DNA from: a virus
Direction: 5' to 3' (one strand)
Virus record (IMG/VR): IMGVR_UViG_3300021963_000038
Coordinates: 71,901-135,900 of that record
Length of the DNA: 64,000 bases
The position numbers were made by a program, and so were the translations under genes. Numbering within the stretch: position 1 is the stretch's first letter; the number at the start of each line of letters is the position of its first letter. Positions 1-10,112 of the stretch are shown piece after piece. The notes beneath the pieces are model-generated. The model was not told the DNA's origin and did no database searches. It saw nothing but the letters and a program-made list of their open reading frames with translations.

Positions 1-26
1 ATTGCATCTTAGCGGAAAATTATATT

Positions 27-956
27 ATGAAAATAGCACTCGCCTCAGACATTCATCTAGAGTTTGCGGATATCAATTTAAAGAATACAGAAAATGCCGA
101 TGTATTGATACTCGGTGGTGATATCTGTGTGGCTGCTGATATTGGTAAACCAGACCCTCATGGTTTTTTAGAAGGCGCTCGTAGCAATCGTATTAACGAT
201 TTCTTCAAGCGGTGTTCATTCCAATTTCCTCATGTAGTGTACATCATGGGTAATCACGAACACTATCATGGTGATTTTGCCACAAGTGGAAATAAAATCA
301 AATCAATGTTAGAATCTAATATGTTGAGCAATGTGTATTTGCTTGACAAAGAATCTAAAGTGATTGATGATGTTACATTCATTGGTGGTACTTTGTGGAC
401 CGATATGAACAGAGAAGATGATATGACTCTATTACACATTCGTGGAATGATGAATGACTTCCGTTGTGTGAAGAATTCTAACCGAACGGTCTCTCGTAAA
501 GTTCCTCTTTACAAGAAAGATGAGAATGGACAATACATCAACGAAACAGTTGGCGGTATCAATCGTCTAGTTGAAGATGGTTACAAATTCAAAGAAGAAG
601 TTTCTACATTTTCACCAGAAGATGCTGTTGTTGACCACAAGAAAATGCTTGGTTATATTCAAACTGTGATTGAAGGTAAGTATGACCAGAAGTTTGTTGT
701 TGTTGGTCATCATGCACCAAGTCGTTTATCAACACATCCTCGATATGCAAGAGAAGAATTGATGAATGGTGGTTACAGTTCTTCATTAGATGAATACATC
801 ATGGAACATCCACAAATTAAATTGTGGACTCATGGTCACACACATGAAGATTTTGATTACATGGTAGGTTCTACCCGTGTCGTTTGTAATCCAAGAGGTT
901 ATGATGGTTACGAAGATAGAGCAGACCGCTTTGAATTGAAATACATGAATGTATGA
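27..956 (+). CDS. calcineurin-like metallophosphoesterase
   Basis: SDIHLE, GD, GNHEHY, HH and HGHTH motifs. Confidence 0.85.
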   Translation: MKIALASDIHLEFADINLKNTENADVLILGGDICVAADIGKPDPHGFLEGARSNRINDFFKRCSFQFPHVVYIMGNHEHYHGDFATSGNKIKSMLESNMLSNVYLLDKESKVIDDVTFIGGTLWTDMNREDDMTLLHIRGMMNDFRCVKNSNRTVSRKVPLYKKDENGQYINETVGGINRLVEDGYKFKEEVSTFSPEDAVVDHKKMLGYIQTVIEGKYDQKFVVVGHHAPSRLSTHPRYAREELMNGGYSSSLDEYIMEHPQIKLWTHGHTHEDFDYMVGSTRVVCNPRGYDGYEDRADRFELKYMNV

Positions 957-1299
957 TATGAGTGATTACAATCCAGATAAGTGGTTGGTTGTTAAGATTA
1001 CTGGTCGTCCCAATGAAAAACCAGCATATAAAGTTTTTGCTTGTTGGTATGGAGGATACCTTGGTTCAGATTCTTGGAAACTGAATAGTGGTATCACCAA
1101 AGTAACTGAAACAACTGACTACTTCTTTTTTGATGGTCATAGTGGTTCAACTTATTCATGTCGCAAAGGTTCTTATGGTGCTAATGGATATGGTTATGGT
1201 GTTCTAGAAGATTTGATTCAAAAAGCAGAATCAAATGATATTACAATTGAAGTGTTACCCGAAGATACAAAATGGATGAAATTAAATTATGAAAACTAA
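949..1299 (+). CDS. hypothetical phage protein
   Basis: ORF overlapping upstream stop; WKLNSGI motif. Confidence 0.6.
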   Translation: MYDMSDYNPDKWLVVKITGRPNEKPAYKVFACWYGGYLGSDSWKLNSGITKVTETTDYFFFDGHSGSTYSCRKGSYGANGYGYGVLEDLIQKAESNDITIEVLPEDTKWMKLNYEN

Positions 1300-1447
1300 C
1301 AGCAACTTTAAACTTAACAAACAAACAAAACGATTCATGGCTACCATGATTAATGATACTGAACGAAACATCTACAAAAAATTAATGATTGGTGCTCAAG
1401 TAGATTCCGAAAAACCAGCACCAAAAGAAAAGCGTAATGAAAAATAA
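1289..1447 (+). CDS. small hypothetical protein (52 aa, MKTNSNFKLNKQ...)
   Basis: manually translated ORF that fills the gap and overlaps both neighbours. Confidence 0.5.
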   Translation: MKTNSNFKLNKQTKRFMATMINDTERNIYKKLMIGAQVDSEKPAPKEKRNEK

Positions 1448-1952
1448 ATTCAAAGATGCCTACATGAAAGTGGCGGAGACATTTGCAGAATTGTCCTCGG
1501 CTCGTAGACTTCATGTTGGTGCCATCGTAGTCAAAGATGATAGAATCATTTCAATTGGTTACAATGGTATGCCTGCTGGTTGGGATAACAACTGCGAAGA
1601 TAAAGAATACATGAGCGTAGATGCCGGAGGTTGGTTAGACCCTAATGAGATTTATGAACAATGGCCGATGCAAGAGCAACAATTACCAAAAGAAGATAAT
1701 CGTTGGCTTCGTTACAGATTAAAAACTAAACCTGAGGTACTTCATGCTGAAACAAATGCGATTGCCAAGTTGGCTAAATCTAACGAATCTGGTATGGGTG
1801 CTACTATGTTTATTACCCATGCTCCATGTTTGGACTGTGCCAAACTTATCTACCAAAGTGGTATTAGCAGTGTTCTATATCGTAACACTTATCGGTCTGA
1901 AGATGGTATCACTTTTCTACAAAAAGCAGGAGTAAGTATTGAAAAAATCTAA
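1437..1952 (+). CDS. cd: dCMP deaminase
   Basis: HAETNAI and PCLDCAK zinc motifs, GYNG. Confidence 0.9.
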   Translation: MKNKFKDAYMKVAETFAELSSARRLHVGAIVVKDDRIISIGYNGMPAGWDNNCEDKEYMSVDAGGWLDPNEIYEQWPMQEQQLPKEDNRWLRYRLKTKPEVLHAETNAIAKLAKSNESGMGATMFITHAPCLDCAKLIYQSGISSVLYRNTYRSEDGITFLQKAGVSIEKI

Positions 1953-2133
1953 AAGATACACAACTAAAGTGGTAGAAATTTGTGAGAATGGTGATGCGAT
2001 TGTTGAATTGCCTGATGAGTTAGTTAAAGAACTTGATTGGCAAATTGGCGACACACTTGATTATGAAATGAAAAACAAAGTTGTTTATATAAAAAATCTT
2101 AGTAAGGAAAAAAGAGATGCTAGTATTGCCTGA
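1939..2133 (+). CDS. AbrB/MazE-like small DNA-binding protein
   Basis: IVELPDELVKELDWQIGDTL pattern. Confidence 0.55.
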   Translation: MKKSKRYTTKVVEICENGDAIVELPDELVKELDWQIGDTLDYEMKNKVVYIKNLSKEKRDASIA

Positions 2134-2575
2134 TAATATGATAGGTAGACCAATTGGTTTTACCTGCTCAACTTTTGATTTACTTCATGCTGGTCATATT
2201 TTGATGCTTGCTGAATGTAAAACTATTTGTGATTATTTAATTGTTGCTGTTCAAAGCGACCCAACAATTGACCGACCAGACACCAAAAACAAACCTGTTC
2301 AGTCGGTTGTTGAACGATATGTACAACTTTCTGCTGTTAAATTCATTGACCAAATTATTGTTTATGATACAGAAAGAGACCTTGAAGATTTACTGATGTT
2401 CTTACCTATTAGTGTTCGTATTATTGGTGAAGAATACAAAGATAAAGAATTCACAGGTAAACAGATTTGTGAGGACCGTGGTATTAAAATTTGGTACAAC
2501 TCTCGCAATCACCGATTCAGTTCTTCTGAATTGAGAAATAGAACCTATCAGTCTGAATTGAAAAGGAAAAGTTAA
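2117..2575 (+). CDS. TagD-like cytidylyltransferase
   Basis: FDLLHAGH (HxGH) and SSSELR motifs. Confidence 0.85.
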   Translation: MLVLPDNMIGRPIGFTCSTFDLLHAGHILMLAECKTICDYLIVAVQSDPTIDRPDTKNKPVQSVVERYVQLSAVKFIDQIIVYDTERDLEDLLMFLPISVRIIGEEYKDKEFTGKQICEDRGIKIWYNSRNHRFSSSELRNRTYQSELKRKS

Positions 2576-2577
2576 TC

Positions 2578-2928
2578 ATGTCTAATATGGCACTTGATGT
2601 GAAAGTCTTTATTGAAGCGTGTGACCAAGAAATAACAGATGAAAATGCAGGTCTTTACACCAAGTTAATTATGGAAGAATATGCAGAATTTTTAGATGCA
2701 GAATCGGATGTAGAAGAACTTGATGCTTGCATGGATATGATTTGGGTTATTCTAGGTTATTGTTACATGAGAGGTTGGAATGTACATGGTGCATGGGAAG
2801 AAGTTGCTAGGTCCAATCTAGCAAAGATTGATAGAAAGACTGGTAAAGTTATTAAAAGAGAAGATGGTAAGGTGTTGAAACCTGAAGGTTGGACACCACC
2901 AGACCTCAAAAGTTTTGTTAAGAAATAA
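2578..2928 (+). CDS. MazG-like/PRA-PH NTP pyrophosphohydrolase
   Basis: EEYAE..ELDACMD, SNLAK, DGKVLKP motifs. Confidence 0.8.
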   Translation: MSNMALDVKVFIEACDQEITDENAGLYTKLIMEEYAEFLDAESDVEELDACMDMIWVILGYCYMRGWNVHGAWEEVARSNLAKIDRKTGKVIKREDGKVLKPEGWTPPDLKSFVKK

Positions 2929-2938
2929 AGGAAATAAT

Positions 2939-3388
2939 ATGTCAATTACAATTAGAAACCTTGAAAGTGCATTAGCTGGAGAAAGTAAGGCACATATCAA
3001 GTATCGTTATTTTGCGAAGATTGCTCGTGAAGAAGGTTATGAGGATGTTGCAAAACATTTTGAACACACAGCAGACCAAGAGATTCTCCATGCATGGGGT
3101 CATCTTGAGTTATTGATTGGTAAACCATCAACCAAAGAATGTTTGGAGTTGGCCATTGAAGGTGAAACATATGAATACACCACAATGTATCCCGAAATGA
3201 AAGAAGATGCAATTGCAGAAGGCAATAAACAAGCAGAACTTGAAGCTTCACATCAAATTACTGAATCAAGAAATCATGCAGAAGAATTTAAAGAAGTGTT
3301 GGTGAAGGCACAGAAACGATTTGCAGCATTAGAAAAGATTGAAAAACGTCATGCTGATGCTTATAAACGTGTACTTGAAAGTGTATAA
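2939..3388 (+). CDS. rubrerythrin (di-iron domain)
   Basis: AGESKA, QEILHA, EGETYE, ESRNH di-iron motifs. Confidence 0.9.
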   Translation: MSITIRNLESALAGESKAHIKYRYFAKIAREEGYEDVAKHFEHTADQEILHAWGHLELLIGKPSTKECLELAIEGETYEYTTMYPEMKEDAIAEGNKQAELEASHQITESRNHAEEFKEVLVKAQKRFAALEKIEKRHADAYKRVLESV

Positions 3389-3567
3389 TGGAAACGCATA
3401 AAAGGACAATAGTAAGAGCAATTAGTTGGCGAATTGTAGCAACACTAGTTACAGCAATTTGGACAGGATTAAGTGGTGCAATTGTGATTAATATCTTTAT
3501 GACAGTAGCACATTATATCCACGAAAGATTATGGTTAAAATTAGATTGGGAGAAAATTAATGAGTGA
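3388..3567 (+). CDS. DUF2061-like small membrane protein
   Basis: manual translation METHKRTIVRAISWRIVAT...HYIHERLW. Confidence 0.7.
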   Translation: METHKRTIVRAISWRIVATLVTAIWTGLSGAIVINIFMTVAHYIHERLWLKLDWEKINE

Positions 3568-3694
3568 ACAACATATATGTGTAGTTTGTGGCCATGTCCA
3601 CGATGATGAAACAGAAGGTAAATGGAACGAATTACCCGATGATTTCGTTTGCCCTGAGTGTGGTTGCGGCAAAGAAGATTATGAAGTTCTTTAA
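3560..3694 (+). CDS. rubredoxin
   Basis: manual translation: CVVCGH...LPDDFVCPECG (two CxxCG motifs). Confidence 0.9.
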   Translation: MSEQHICVVCGHVHDDETEGKWNELPDDFVCPECGCGKEDYEVL

Positions 3695-3698
3695 AGTC

Positions 3699-3727
3699 TT
3701 GCCATCTAACATCAACTATGTTACAAT
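3699..3727 (+). promoter_or_regulatory. sigma70-type promoter
   Basis: TTGCCA-N17-TACAAT. Confidence 0.55.
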
Positions 3728-3748
3728 ACACCATTAAATTTATTAACT

Positions 3749-3985
3749 ATGAAAGAGAATATGAATATTCGTGAACTTGCTAAGAAACTGGCAGTTGAGT
3801 ATAAACTTCCTAGAGCAGATAAGTATGACTTATATCTGCGAGAGATTGACAACAAGGTGGAGGTTCTTGGATGGGTTCAAGACCCAACACAAAGCATGAA
3901 CGACTTCCGTGGTCGTGAAATGCTTTTTCCAAAACGCTGGGTCACCATTGGCGTTTTGCCAGCGGAGACTAAGGTAAATGTATAG
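3749..3985 (+). CDS. hypothetical protein
   Basis: ORF downstream of promoter. Confidence 0.6.
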   Translation: MKENMNIRELAKKLAVEYKLPRADKYDLYLREIDNKVEVLGWVQDPTQSMNDFRGREMLFPKRWVTIGVLPAETKVNV

Positions 3986-4154
3986 AGTAGCATACTATCG
4001 AATAGGTGGTACGTCCGTGGATTTTAAAGATTTTGAATCTTTAACCGAAGCGGTTAATTTTTCAATTAAATTACCGATAGAATCGGTTTTAGAAATTAAA
4101 CATTATGACAGTAAAACTAATAACTTTCAAGACCAACCATACGATTCTAGGTGA
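3978..4154 (+). CDS. small hypothetical protein (58 aa, MYRVAYY...)
   Basis: manual translation; overlaps both neighbours. Confidence 0.45.
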   Translation: MYRVAYYRIGGTSVDFKDFESLTEAVNFSIKLPIESVLEIKHYDSKTNNFQDQPYDSR

Positions 4155-4416
4155 AGTAACAGACTTACCTGAAAATGATTATGTACTTGTAAAAGATAGT
4201 GTTCAGGTTGTTTCAGTGCCACCCACTAGTCAAAATCCACAAGGTGGTATTTCATTTCTTCCTTTTGTTGAATATGCAAAAGAATTCAAAACAGGATTCA
4301 AAATTAAAAGGCAAGATATCTTAATGATTAATGACCCAATACTTGAGGTTGAAAATCAATACAATAAAATTTTTGGTTCTGGTATACAGATTGCCTCTGG
4401 CAACTTTAAAATCTGA
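4105..4416 (+). CDS. conserved T4-like hypothetical protein (possible Sm-like fold)
   Basis: ends YNKIFGSGIQIA; lies just upstream of the polymerase. Confidence 0.6.
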   Translation: MTVKLITFKTNHTILGEVTDLPENDYVLVKDSVQVVSVPPTSQNPQGGISFLPFVEYAKEFKTGFKIKRQDILMINDPILEVENQYNKIFGSGIQIASGNFKI

Positions 4417-4422
4417 TATAAT
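4414..4422 (+). promoter_or_regulatory. extended -10 promoter of the DNA polymerase gene
   Basis: TGaTATAAT, 6 nt before the ATG at 4429. Confidence 0.55.
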
Positions 4423-4428
4423 ATATGA

Positions 4429-6975
4429 ATGAGTAAATTTTATACATCGGTTGCCAGCGTAGGCAACAACATACTTTATCGTGGCGTAGACAATGGCAGG
4501 CGAGTTAAATCTAAAATAGGTTACTCGCCTACTTTGTTTTTGTCATCCAAAAAAGATTCACCTTGGAAAACATTGAAGGGTGAAAGTCTTGAACCAATGA
4601 AATTTGACGGCATTCGTGATGCAAGAGATTTCATTAAACGATATGAAGGCGTTGAGAATTTTAAAATCTATGGCATGAATAGATTTGAATACGCTTTCAT
4701 CACCGAACAACATCGTGGCATGATTGAATGGGATATCGAACATATCTCAATCGCTGTTGTTGACATTGAGGTTGGTTCTGAGAATGGTTTCCCTGACCCA
4801 TATCTTGCAACAGAACCAATTACAGCAATTTGTGTCAAGTATTCTGATGGCACTTGTGTGGTTTTCGGTTGTGGTGATTATATAATTAAAGGCACAGAAA
4901 GATACATCAGATGCAAAGATGAATATTCTCTGTGTAAAAACTTTATAAACTACTGGCAAGAAAATTGTCCTGACGTTGTTACTGGATGGAATATCAAGTT
5001 CTTTGATATGCCTTATCTTGTTAATCGTCTGCGTAAAATCCTTGATGAAGAAGAAACCAAGAAGTTGTCACCTTGGAATATGATTACTGAACGCAAAGCC
5101 AATGTCAATGGTCGTGAGATGATTGCATATGATTTTCTCGGTGTATCTGCACTAGACTATATTGAATTATATAAATGGTATGCGCCAGGTGGTAAATCAC
5201 AAGATTCATATCGCTTGGATAATATTGCACAAGTTGAACTTGGTGAAGGTAAGATTGCATATGATGAGTATGATAATCTTCATGCTTTGTATCGTTTGAA
5301 TTATCAAAAGTTTATTGAGTATAACATTAAAGACGTTGACTTGATTTGGAAACTTGATGATAAGTTGAAGTTGCTTGAATTGGCAATTACTCTTGCCTAT
5401 GATACAAAGTCTAACTATGATGATGTGTTCGCACAAACTCGTATGTGGGATTCTCTGACATATTCATATCTGTTAGATAAAAAGATTGTTGTACCACCAA
5501 GAGTTATCAAAGATAAAACCTCAGCATTTGAAGGCGCCTATGTTAAAGACCCACAAGTTGGTCTACATGATTGGGTTGCATCATTTGACTTGAACAGTTT
5601 GTATCCTCACTTGATGATGCAATATAACATTTCACCAGAAACACTAATTGAACCATCTGATTATACGGATGATATGCGTAACATTATTATGAACGGTGTT
5701 TCTGTTGAAAAGATGTTGAATAAAGAAGTTGACACTTCTAAGATGGAAGGTGTTACTCTGACACCTAACGGACAATTCTTTCGTACCGACAAACAAGGTT
5801 TCTTACCAAAGATGATGGAAGAAATGTATGAAGATAGAAAGAAGTTTAAGAAGTTAATGTTGAAAGCAAAGCAAGATTATGAAAATGAAAAAGATAAATC
5901 TAAATTATATGAAATAGAAAAGAAAATTGCTCGATATAATAATCTACAACTAGCAAAGAAAGTTTCACTAAACTCTGCTTATGGTGCCTTGGGTTCACAA
6001 TACTTCCGATTCTATGATTTGCGACAAGCATTGGCAGTAACTCTGGCTGGCCAACTTTCCATTCGTTGGATTGAAAACAAGCTAAATGAGTATATGAATA
6101 AACTTTTAAAGACTACTGGAATAGATTATGTTATCGCCTCAGACACAGATTCGATTTATCTCCGTCTTGGTCCATTGGTTGAAAAAATCTTTGCTGCGGG
6201 AGGTAAAGTATCGCAGCCAGCACACAAAACAATCGAATTTATGGATAAGGTATGTGAAGATAAAATTCAACCGTTTATTGATGCGAGTTATAAGGAACTC
6301 GCTGAATATGTTCACGCATACAAACAAAAAATGGAAATGAAGCGAGAAGGTCTATCTGATAAAGGTATCTGGACTGCCAAGAAACGATACATTCTTAATG
6401 TGTATAACAATGAAGGTGTTCAATATAACGAACCACAAATCAAAGTGATGGGTCTTGAGATGATTAAATCATCTACACCTGCCGCTGTTCGTGATAAGAT
6501 GAAACAATCAATTGGCATTATGATGAACGGTTCAGAAGAAGATATACATAAGTTTATAGATGATTTTAAATCGGAGTTTAAGACATTACCTGTTGAAGAT
6601 ATTTCTTTCCCTAGAGGTTTGAATGGTCTGAAAACATATTCAGATAGTGTAACGATGTATAAGAAAGGCACACCCATTCATGTTAAGGGTGCAATCATAT
6701 ATAATTATCACCTGAAACAAAAAGGATTAGATAAGAAATATCCTTTCATTCAAGAAGGTGAGAAATTGAAATTTACTTATCTGAAACAACCGAATCCTTT
6801 TAAAGATTCAGTAATATCTTTTCCTCAAAGATTACCAAAAGAGTTTGATATGCAGATGTATATTGATTATGATACTCAATTTGAGAAGGCCTTCATTGAA
6901 CCAATTAAAGTGATTCTTGATTGTATGGGATGGTCTATTGAGAAAAAGACCTCATTGGAAAGTTTCTTTGGATAA
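4429..6975 (+). CDS. 43: family B DNA polymerase (T4 gp43-like)
   Basis: DIEV exonuclease motif, SFDLNSLYP, KVSLNSAYG, SDTDS; C-terminal SLESFFG clamp-binding motif. Confidence 0.97.
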   Translation: MSKFYTSVASVGNNILYRGVDNGRRVKSKIGYSPTLFLSSKKDSPWKTLKGESLEPMKFDGIRDARDFIKRYEGVENFKIYGMNRFEYAFITEQHRGMIEWDIEHISIAVVDIEVGSENGFPDPYLATEPITAICVKYSDGTCVVFGCGDYIIKGTERYIRCKDEYSLCKNFINYWQENCPDVVTGWNIKFFDMPYLVNRLRKILDEEETKKLSPWNMITERKANVNGREMIAYDFLGVSALDYIELYKWYAPGGKSQDSYRLDNIAQVELGEGKIAYDEYDNLHALYRLNYQKFIEYNIKDVDLIWKLDDKLKLLELAITLAYDTKSNYDDVFAQTRMWDSLTYSYLLDKKIVVPPRVIKDKTSAFEGAYVKDPQVGLHDWVASFDLNSLYPHLMMQYNISPETLIEPSDYTDDMRNIIMNGVSVEKMLNKEVDTSKMEGVTLTPNGQFFRTDKQGFLPKMMEEMYEDRKKFKKLMLKAKQDYENEKDKSKLYEIEKKIARYNNLQLAKKVSLNSAYGALGSQYFRFYDLRQALAVTLAGQLSIRWIENKLNEYMNKLLKTTGIDYVIASDTDSIYLRLGPLVEKIFAAGGKVSQPAHKTIEFMDKVCEDKIQPFIDASYKELAEYVHAYKQKMEMKREGLSDKGIWTAKKRYILNVYNNEGVQYNEPQIKVMGLEMIKSSTPAAVRDKMKQSIGIMMNGSEEDIHKFIDDFKSEFKTLPVEDISFPRGLNGLKTYSDSVTMYKKGTPIHVKGAIIYNYHLKQKGLDKKYPFIQEGEKLKFTYLKQPNPFKDSVISFPQRLPKEFDMQMYIDYDTQFEKAFIEPIKVILDCMGWSIEKKTSLESFFG

Positions 6976-7572
6976 ATTATGAGTTATGTTTATTTTATAT
7001 TAGATGAAAAATCTAAAGCAATAAAAATTGGTAAAGCAAATAATATAGAACAACGACTTTCTGATTTACAAACTGGAAATCCTAATATTCTAAATGTAAT
7101 TCATCAAATTGAATGTAAGTCTGAGGAACATAGTTTCTTTACAGAGAAAAAATATCATAAACAACTGAAAGAATTTCACATAAATGGTGAATGGTTTCAT
7201 TATGATGAACCAACATTTGAAAAAATCTTTAGTGATGATATAAATTATAAACCAAAAGAGAAAAGAAATCCACTAAAAATAACTACATTATTTGGTGAAG
7301 AATGTATAGAGATGTTTGGTATTAAAAACAGTCCTTCATGTTATTTTTATCCAAATTTAATTGCACAAATAATGCATAATTATGAAGAATCATCGAAATT
7401 AAAAATACCATTTAGAACTATGGAATATCCAACACATGGAAAACCAATGTTATTACCTTACTCCAATAAAAAAGATATGGTTTTTATTTCAACTAAAAAA
7501 CATAAAGAAAATATGGAACTGAATAGATTTAAAAGTATTGAAATTAATTCATTGGAGAGTTTCTTTGGATAA
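6952..7572 (+). repeat. 24-bp direct repeat (1 mismatch) at 6952-6975 and 7549-7572 bracketing the GIY-YIG gene
   Basis: tcattggaRagtttctttggataa occurs twice. Confidence 0.9.
6979..7572 (+). CDS. GIY-YIG (T5orf172/Mug113-like) nuclease
   Basis: YVYFI..IKIGKA..RLSDLQTGNP..GEWF; very AT-rich. Confidence 0.75.
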   Translation: MSYVYFILDEKSKAIKIGKANNIEQRLSDLQTGNPNILNVIHQIECKSEEHSFFTEKKYHKQLKEFHINGEWFHYDEPTFEKIFSDDINYKPKEKRNPLKITTLFGEECIEMFGIKNSPSCYFYPNLIAQIMHNYEESSKLKIPFRTMEYPTHGKPMLLPYSNKKDMVFISTKKHKENMELNRFKSIEINSLESFFG

Positions 7573-8113
7573 TATTCGTGTCATCAAAACAGGTATCAAT
7601 GTTTCAAAGATAATTAAACAACTGAAACAATATCCTGAAGATTGGGAAAACCAAAAGAAATTAGATGGTGCTCAATCATTGATTGACCGTGGCTTTGATG
7701 ACTTGCCTGCCGGTGTATTACAACTAGTCATTGGTGGTGTAACGAATGTAAATGATTTTGTTGGTGATAGTGAGATTTGTATTCCCACTCCTGCTTATGA
7801 TAGACACACAGAGATTATTGGTTTTCTAAAAAGACATTTTAAAAATTTCAAACGATGTGGTTTTCTATCATTAGAGGTTGGTGGTACAGTTGGTCGACAC
7901 ATAGATGAAGGCACTTATTATCTAACAAAAGATAGATATCATTTATCCATTCAAGGTCGATATAAGTATATGGTCGGAGACGAAGAAGTGATTGTTGAAC
8001 CGGGTACTTTGTTGTGGTTCAATAATAAATTATTGCATGGCACAGAAAATGTTGGTGATTGTACAAGAATCACCTTTGTCTTTGATGTACCACATTCAAA
8101 ATCAAACCCATAA
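7565..8113 (+). CDS. aspartyl/asparaginyl beta-hydroxylase-like 2OG-Fe(II) oxygenase
   Basis: HIDEG..RYHL..WFNN..HG.EN..R motifs; TTG start inferred. Confidence 0.75.
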   Translation: MDNIRVIKTGINVSKIIKQLKQYPEDWENQKKLDGAQSLIDRGFDDLPAGVLQLVIGGVTNVNDFVGDSEICIPTPAYDRHTEIIGFLKRHFKNFKRCGFLSLEVGGTVGRHIDEGTYYLTKDRYHLSIQGRYKYMVGDEEVIVEPGTLLWFNNKLLHGTENVGDCTRITFVFDVPHSKSNP

Positions 8114-9042
8114 TGTTACAAGTTCTATTACCTTTTTTAACTGCAATTGGTCTATCAGGCATTGCAGCTTACTATTCAGTTATCGGCCTAGCACAGATAT
8201 TTCCAGGTTCATACTGGCCAATTATCATCATGGGTTCGATACTTGAAGCATCAAAATTGGTAACAGTATCTTGGTTATATAATAATTGGAATAATACTGT
8301 TAATGTGATGCGCTACTATTTTTTAGCAGCCATTATTTTATTAATGATGATTACTTCAATGGGTATTTTTGGTTTCTTGTCTAAGGCACACCTTGAACAT
8401 TCATCGGATAATGCACCACTTGTAAACAAGATTTCAATCTTAGATGAGAGAATTAAAACAGAGAGAGAGAACATTGATGCCAATCGCAAAATACTCAAAC
8501 AATATGATGAGATTGTGGACCAAACGATGGGTCGCACAACAGATGAAAAAGGTACCGACAAGGCGCAAGCGATACGCCGTACCCAACAGAAAGACCGTAG
8601 TAGAATATTACAAGATATTCAACAGTCGCAAACCACCATTGCCAAATACTCCGAGGAACGTGCGCCTCTATCTAATGAGCTTAAGAAAATCGAAGCGGAT
8701 GTTGGACCAATCAAATATATTGCCGCCTTACTCTACAATCAGGCGGTTGATGTGGATATCATTGACAAAGCGGTCAGGCTGGTAATTTTATTAATCATTG
8801 TTGTGTTTGACCCACTTGCAATTCTATTATTGATTGCCTCAAATCAAACATACCGAAAAATAAAAGAAGAAGAATCGGAACCAATTGAACCATATAAACG
8901 CAAGGTAAAGAAGAAAAAAGAGGTTGCCAAATCAACAGCACCTAGTGTAGAATTGTTCATGGAAGATACAGAAGTCATAAAGAAATCAGATATCGTAGAA
9001 ATTAAACCTCGAAAGAATACTCTTGAGGGTGGTACATTTTAA
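8113..9042 (+). CDS. membrane protein with coiled coil
   Basis: 3 N-terminal TM segments; GPIKYIA and FDPLAI motifs. Confidence 0.6.
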   Translation: MLQVLLPFLTAIGLSGIAAYYSVIGLAQIFPGSYWPIIIMGSILEASKLVTVSWLYNNWNNTVNVMRYYFLAAIILLMMITSMGIFGFLSKAHLEHSSDNAPLVNKISILDERIKTERENIDANRKILKQYDEIVDQTMGRTTDEKGTDKAQAIRRTQQKDRSRILQDIQQSQTTIAKYSEERAPLSNELKKIEADVGPIKYIAALLYNQAVDVDIIDKAVRLVILLIIVVFDPLAILLLIASNQTYRKIKEEESEPIEPYKRKVKKKKEVAKSTAPSVELFMEDTEVIKKSDIVEIKPRKNTLEGGTF

Positions 9043-9053
9043 AAGGAAATATT

Positions 9054-10112
9054 ATGAGTTTACTAGACAAATTGAAAAAGAATTCAACAATTAAAGATAG
9101 CGCAATTCTATCCAAATCTAAATTCTTTACTGAAAAAGATATGGTACCAACAGAAGTGCCGATGATTAATGTGGCACTATCTGGTCGCCTTGATGGTGGT
9201 ATTATTCCTGGTCTTACTATGTGGGCAGGACCATCGAAACACTTTAAGACTGCCTTTAGTTTGTTGATGGCAAAGGCTTACATGGACAAATATCCAGAAT
9301 CAGTATTGTTATTCTATGATTCAGAATTTGGAACACCTGTTAAATACTTTGAAACATTTCAGATTGATATGGACAGAGTTCTACATACACCTTTAACTGA
9401 CATTGAACAGTTGAAGTTCGATATTATGCAACAGCTTCAAGATGTGAACCGTGGTGATAAACTAATTATCATCCTTGATTCTATTGGTAATCTAGCATCT
9501 AAGAAGGAAGTAGAAGATGCACTTGAAGGTAAATCTGTTGCAGATATGAGTCGTGCGAAACAAGTTAAGAGTTTGTTCCGCATGGTAACACCACACTTGA
9601 ATCTAAAAGATATTCCAATGGTGGTTGTCAATCACACATACAAAGAGATTGGTATGTTCCCGAAAGATATCGTTGGTGGTGGCACAGGTTCTTATTACTC
9701 AGCTGACAACATTTACATTCTTGGTCGTCAGCAAGAAAAAGATGGCACCGAAATTGTCGGTTACAATTTTATTATCAATGTAGAGAAATCCCGTTATGTT
9801 AAAGAAAAATCTAAAATACCTATTTCTGTATCTTTTGATGGTGGTATTAGTAAGTATAGTGGTCTACTTGACCTTGCGATTGAATCCGGCCATGTGGTCA
9901 AACCAACCAATGGTTGGTATGCAAAGGTAGACCAAAAGACTGGTGAAATCGGTGATAAGAAACGTATCGCTGACACATCAACACCAGAATTTATGGAACC
10001 GATTCTGAATGATAGTAAATTCAGAGATTTTATTAAACACAAATATGAGATTGCTTATGGGAACATTATGGGAGAAACTCCTGTTTTGGAAGAAGCCGAA
10101 GATGCTGCTTGA
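9054..10112 (+). CDS. uvsX: RecA-like recombinase UvsX
   Basis: GPSKHFKT, YDSEFG, DSIGNLAS motifs. Confidence 0.95.
   Translation: MSLLDKLKKNSTIKDSAILSKSKFFTEKDMVPTEVPMINVALSGRLDGGIIPGLTMWAGPSKHFKTAFSLLMAKAYMDKYPESVLLFYDSEFGTPVKYFETFQIDMDRVLHTPLTDIEQLKFDIMQQLQDVNRGDKLIIILDSIGNLASKKEVEDALEGKSVADMSRAKQVKSLFRMVTPHLNLKDIPMVVVNHTYKEIGMFPKDIVGGGTGSYYSADNIYILGRQQEKDGTEIVGYNFIINVEKSRYVKEKSKIPISVSFDGGISKYSGLLDLAIESGHVVKPTNGWYAKVDQKTGEIGDKKRIADTSTPEFMEPILNDSKFRDFIKHKYEIAYGNIMGETPVLEEAEDAA

Noticed and set aside
1939-2928. mazEFG toxin-antitoxin locus
   Set aside because: AbrB-like and MazG-like genes are present, but the gene between them is a cytidylyltransferase, not a MazF toxin.
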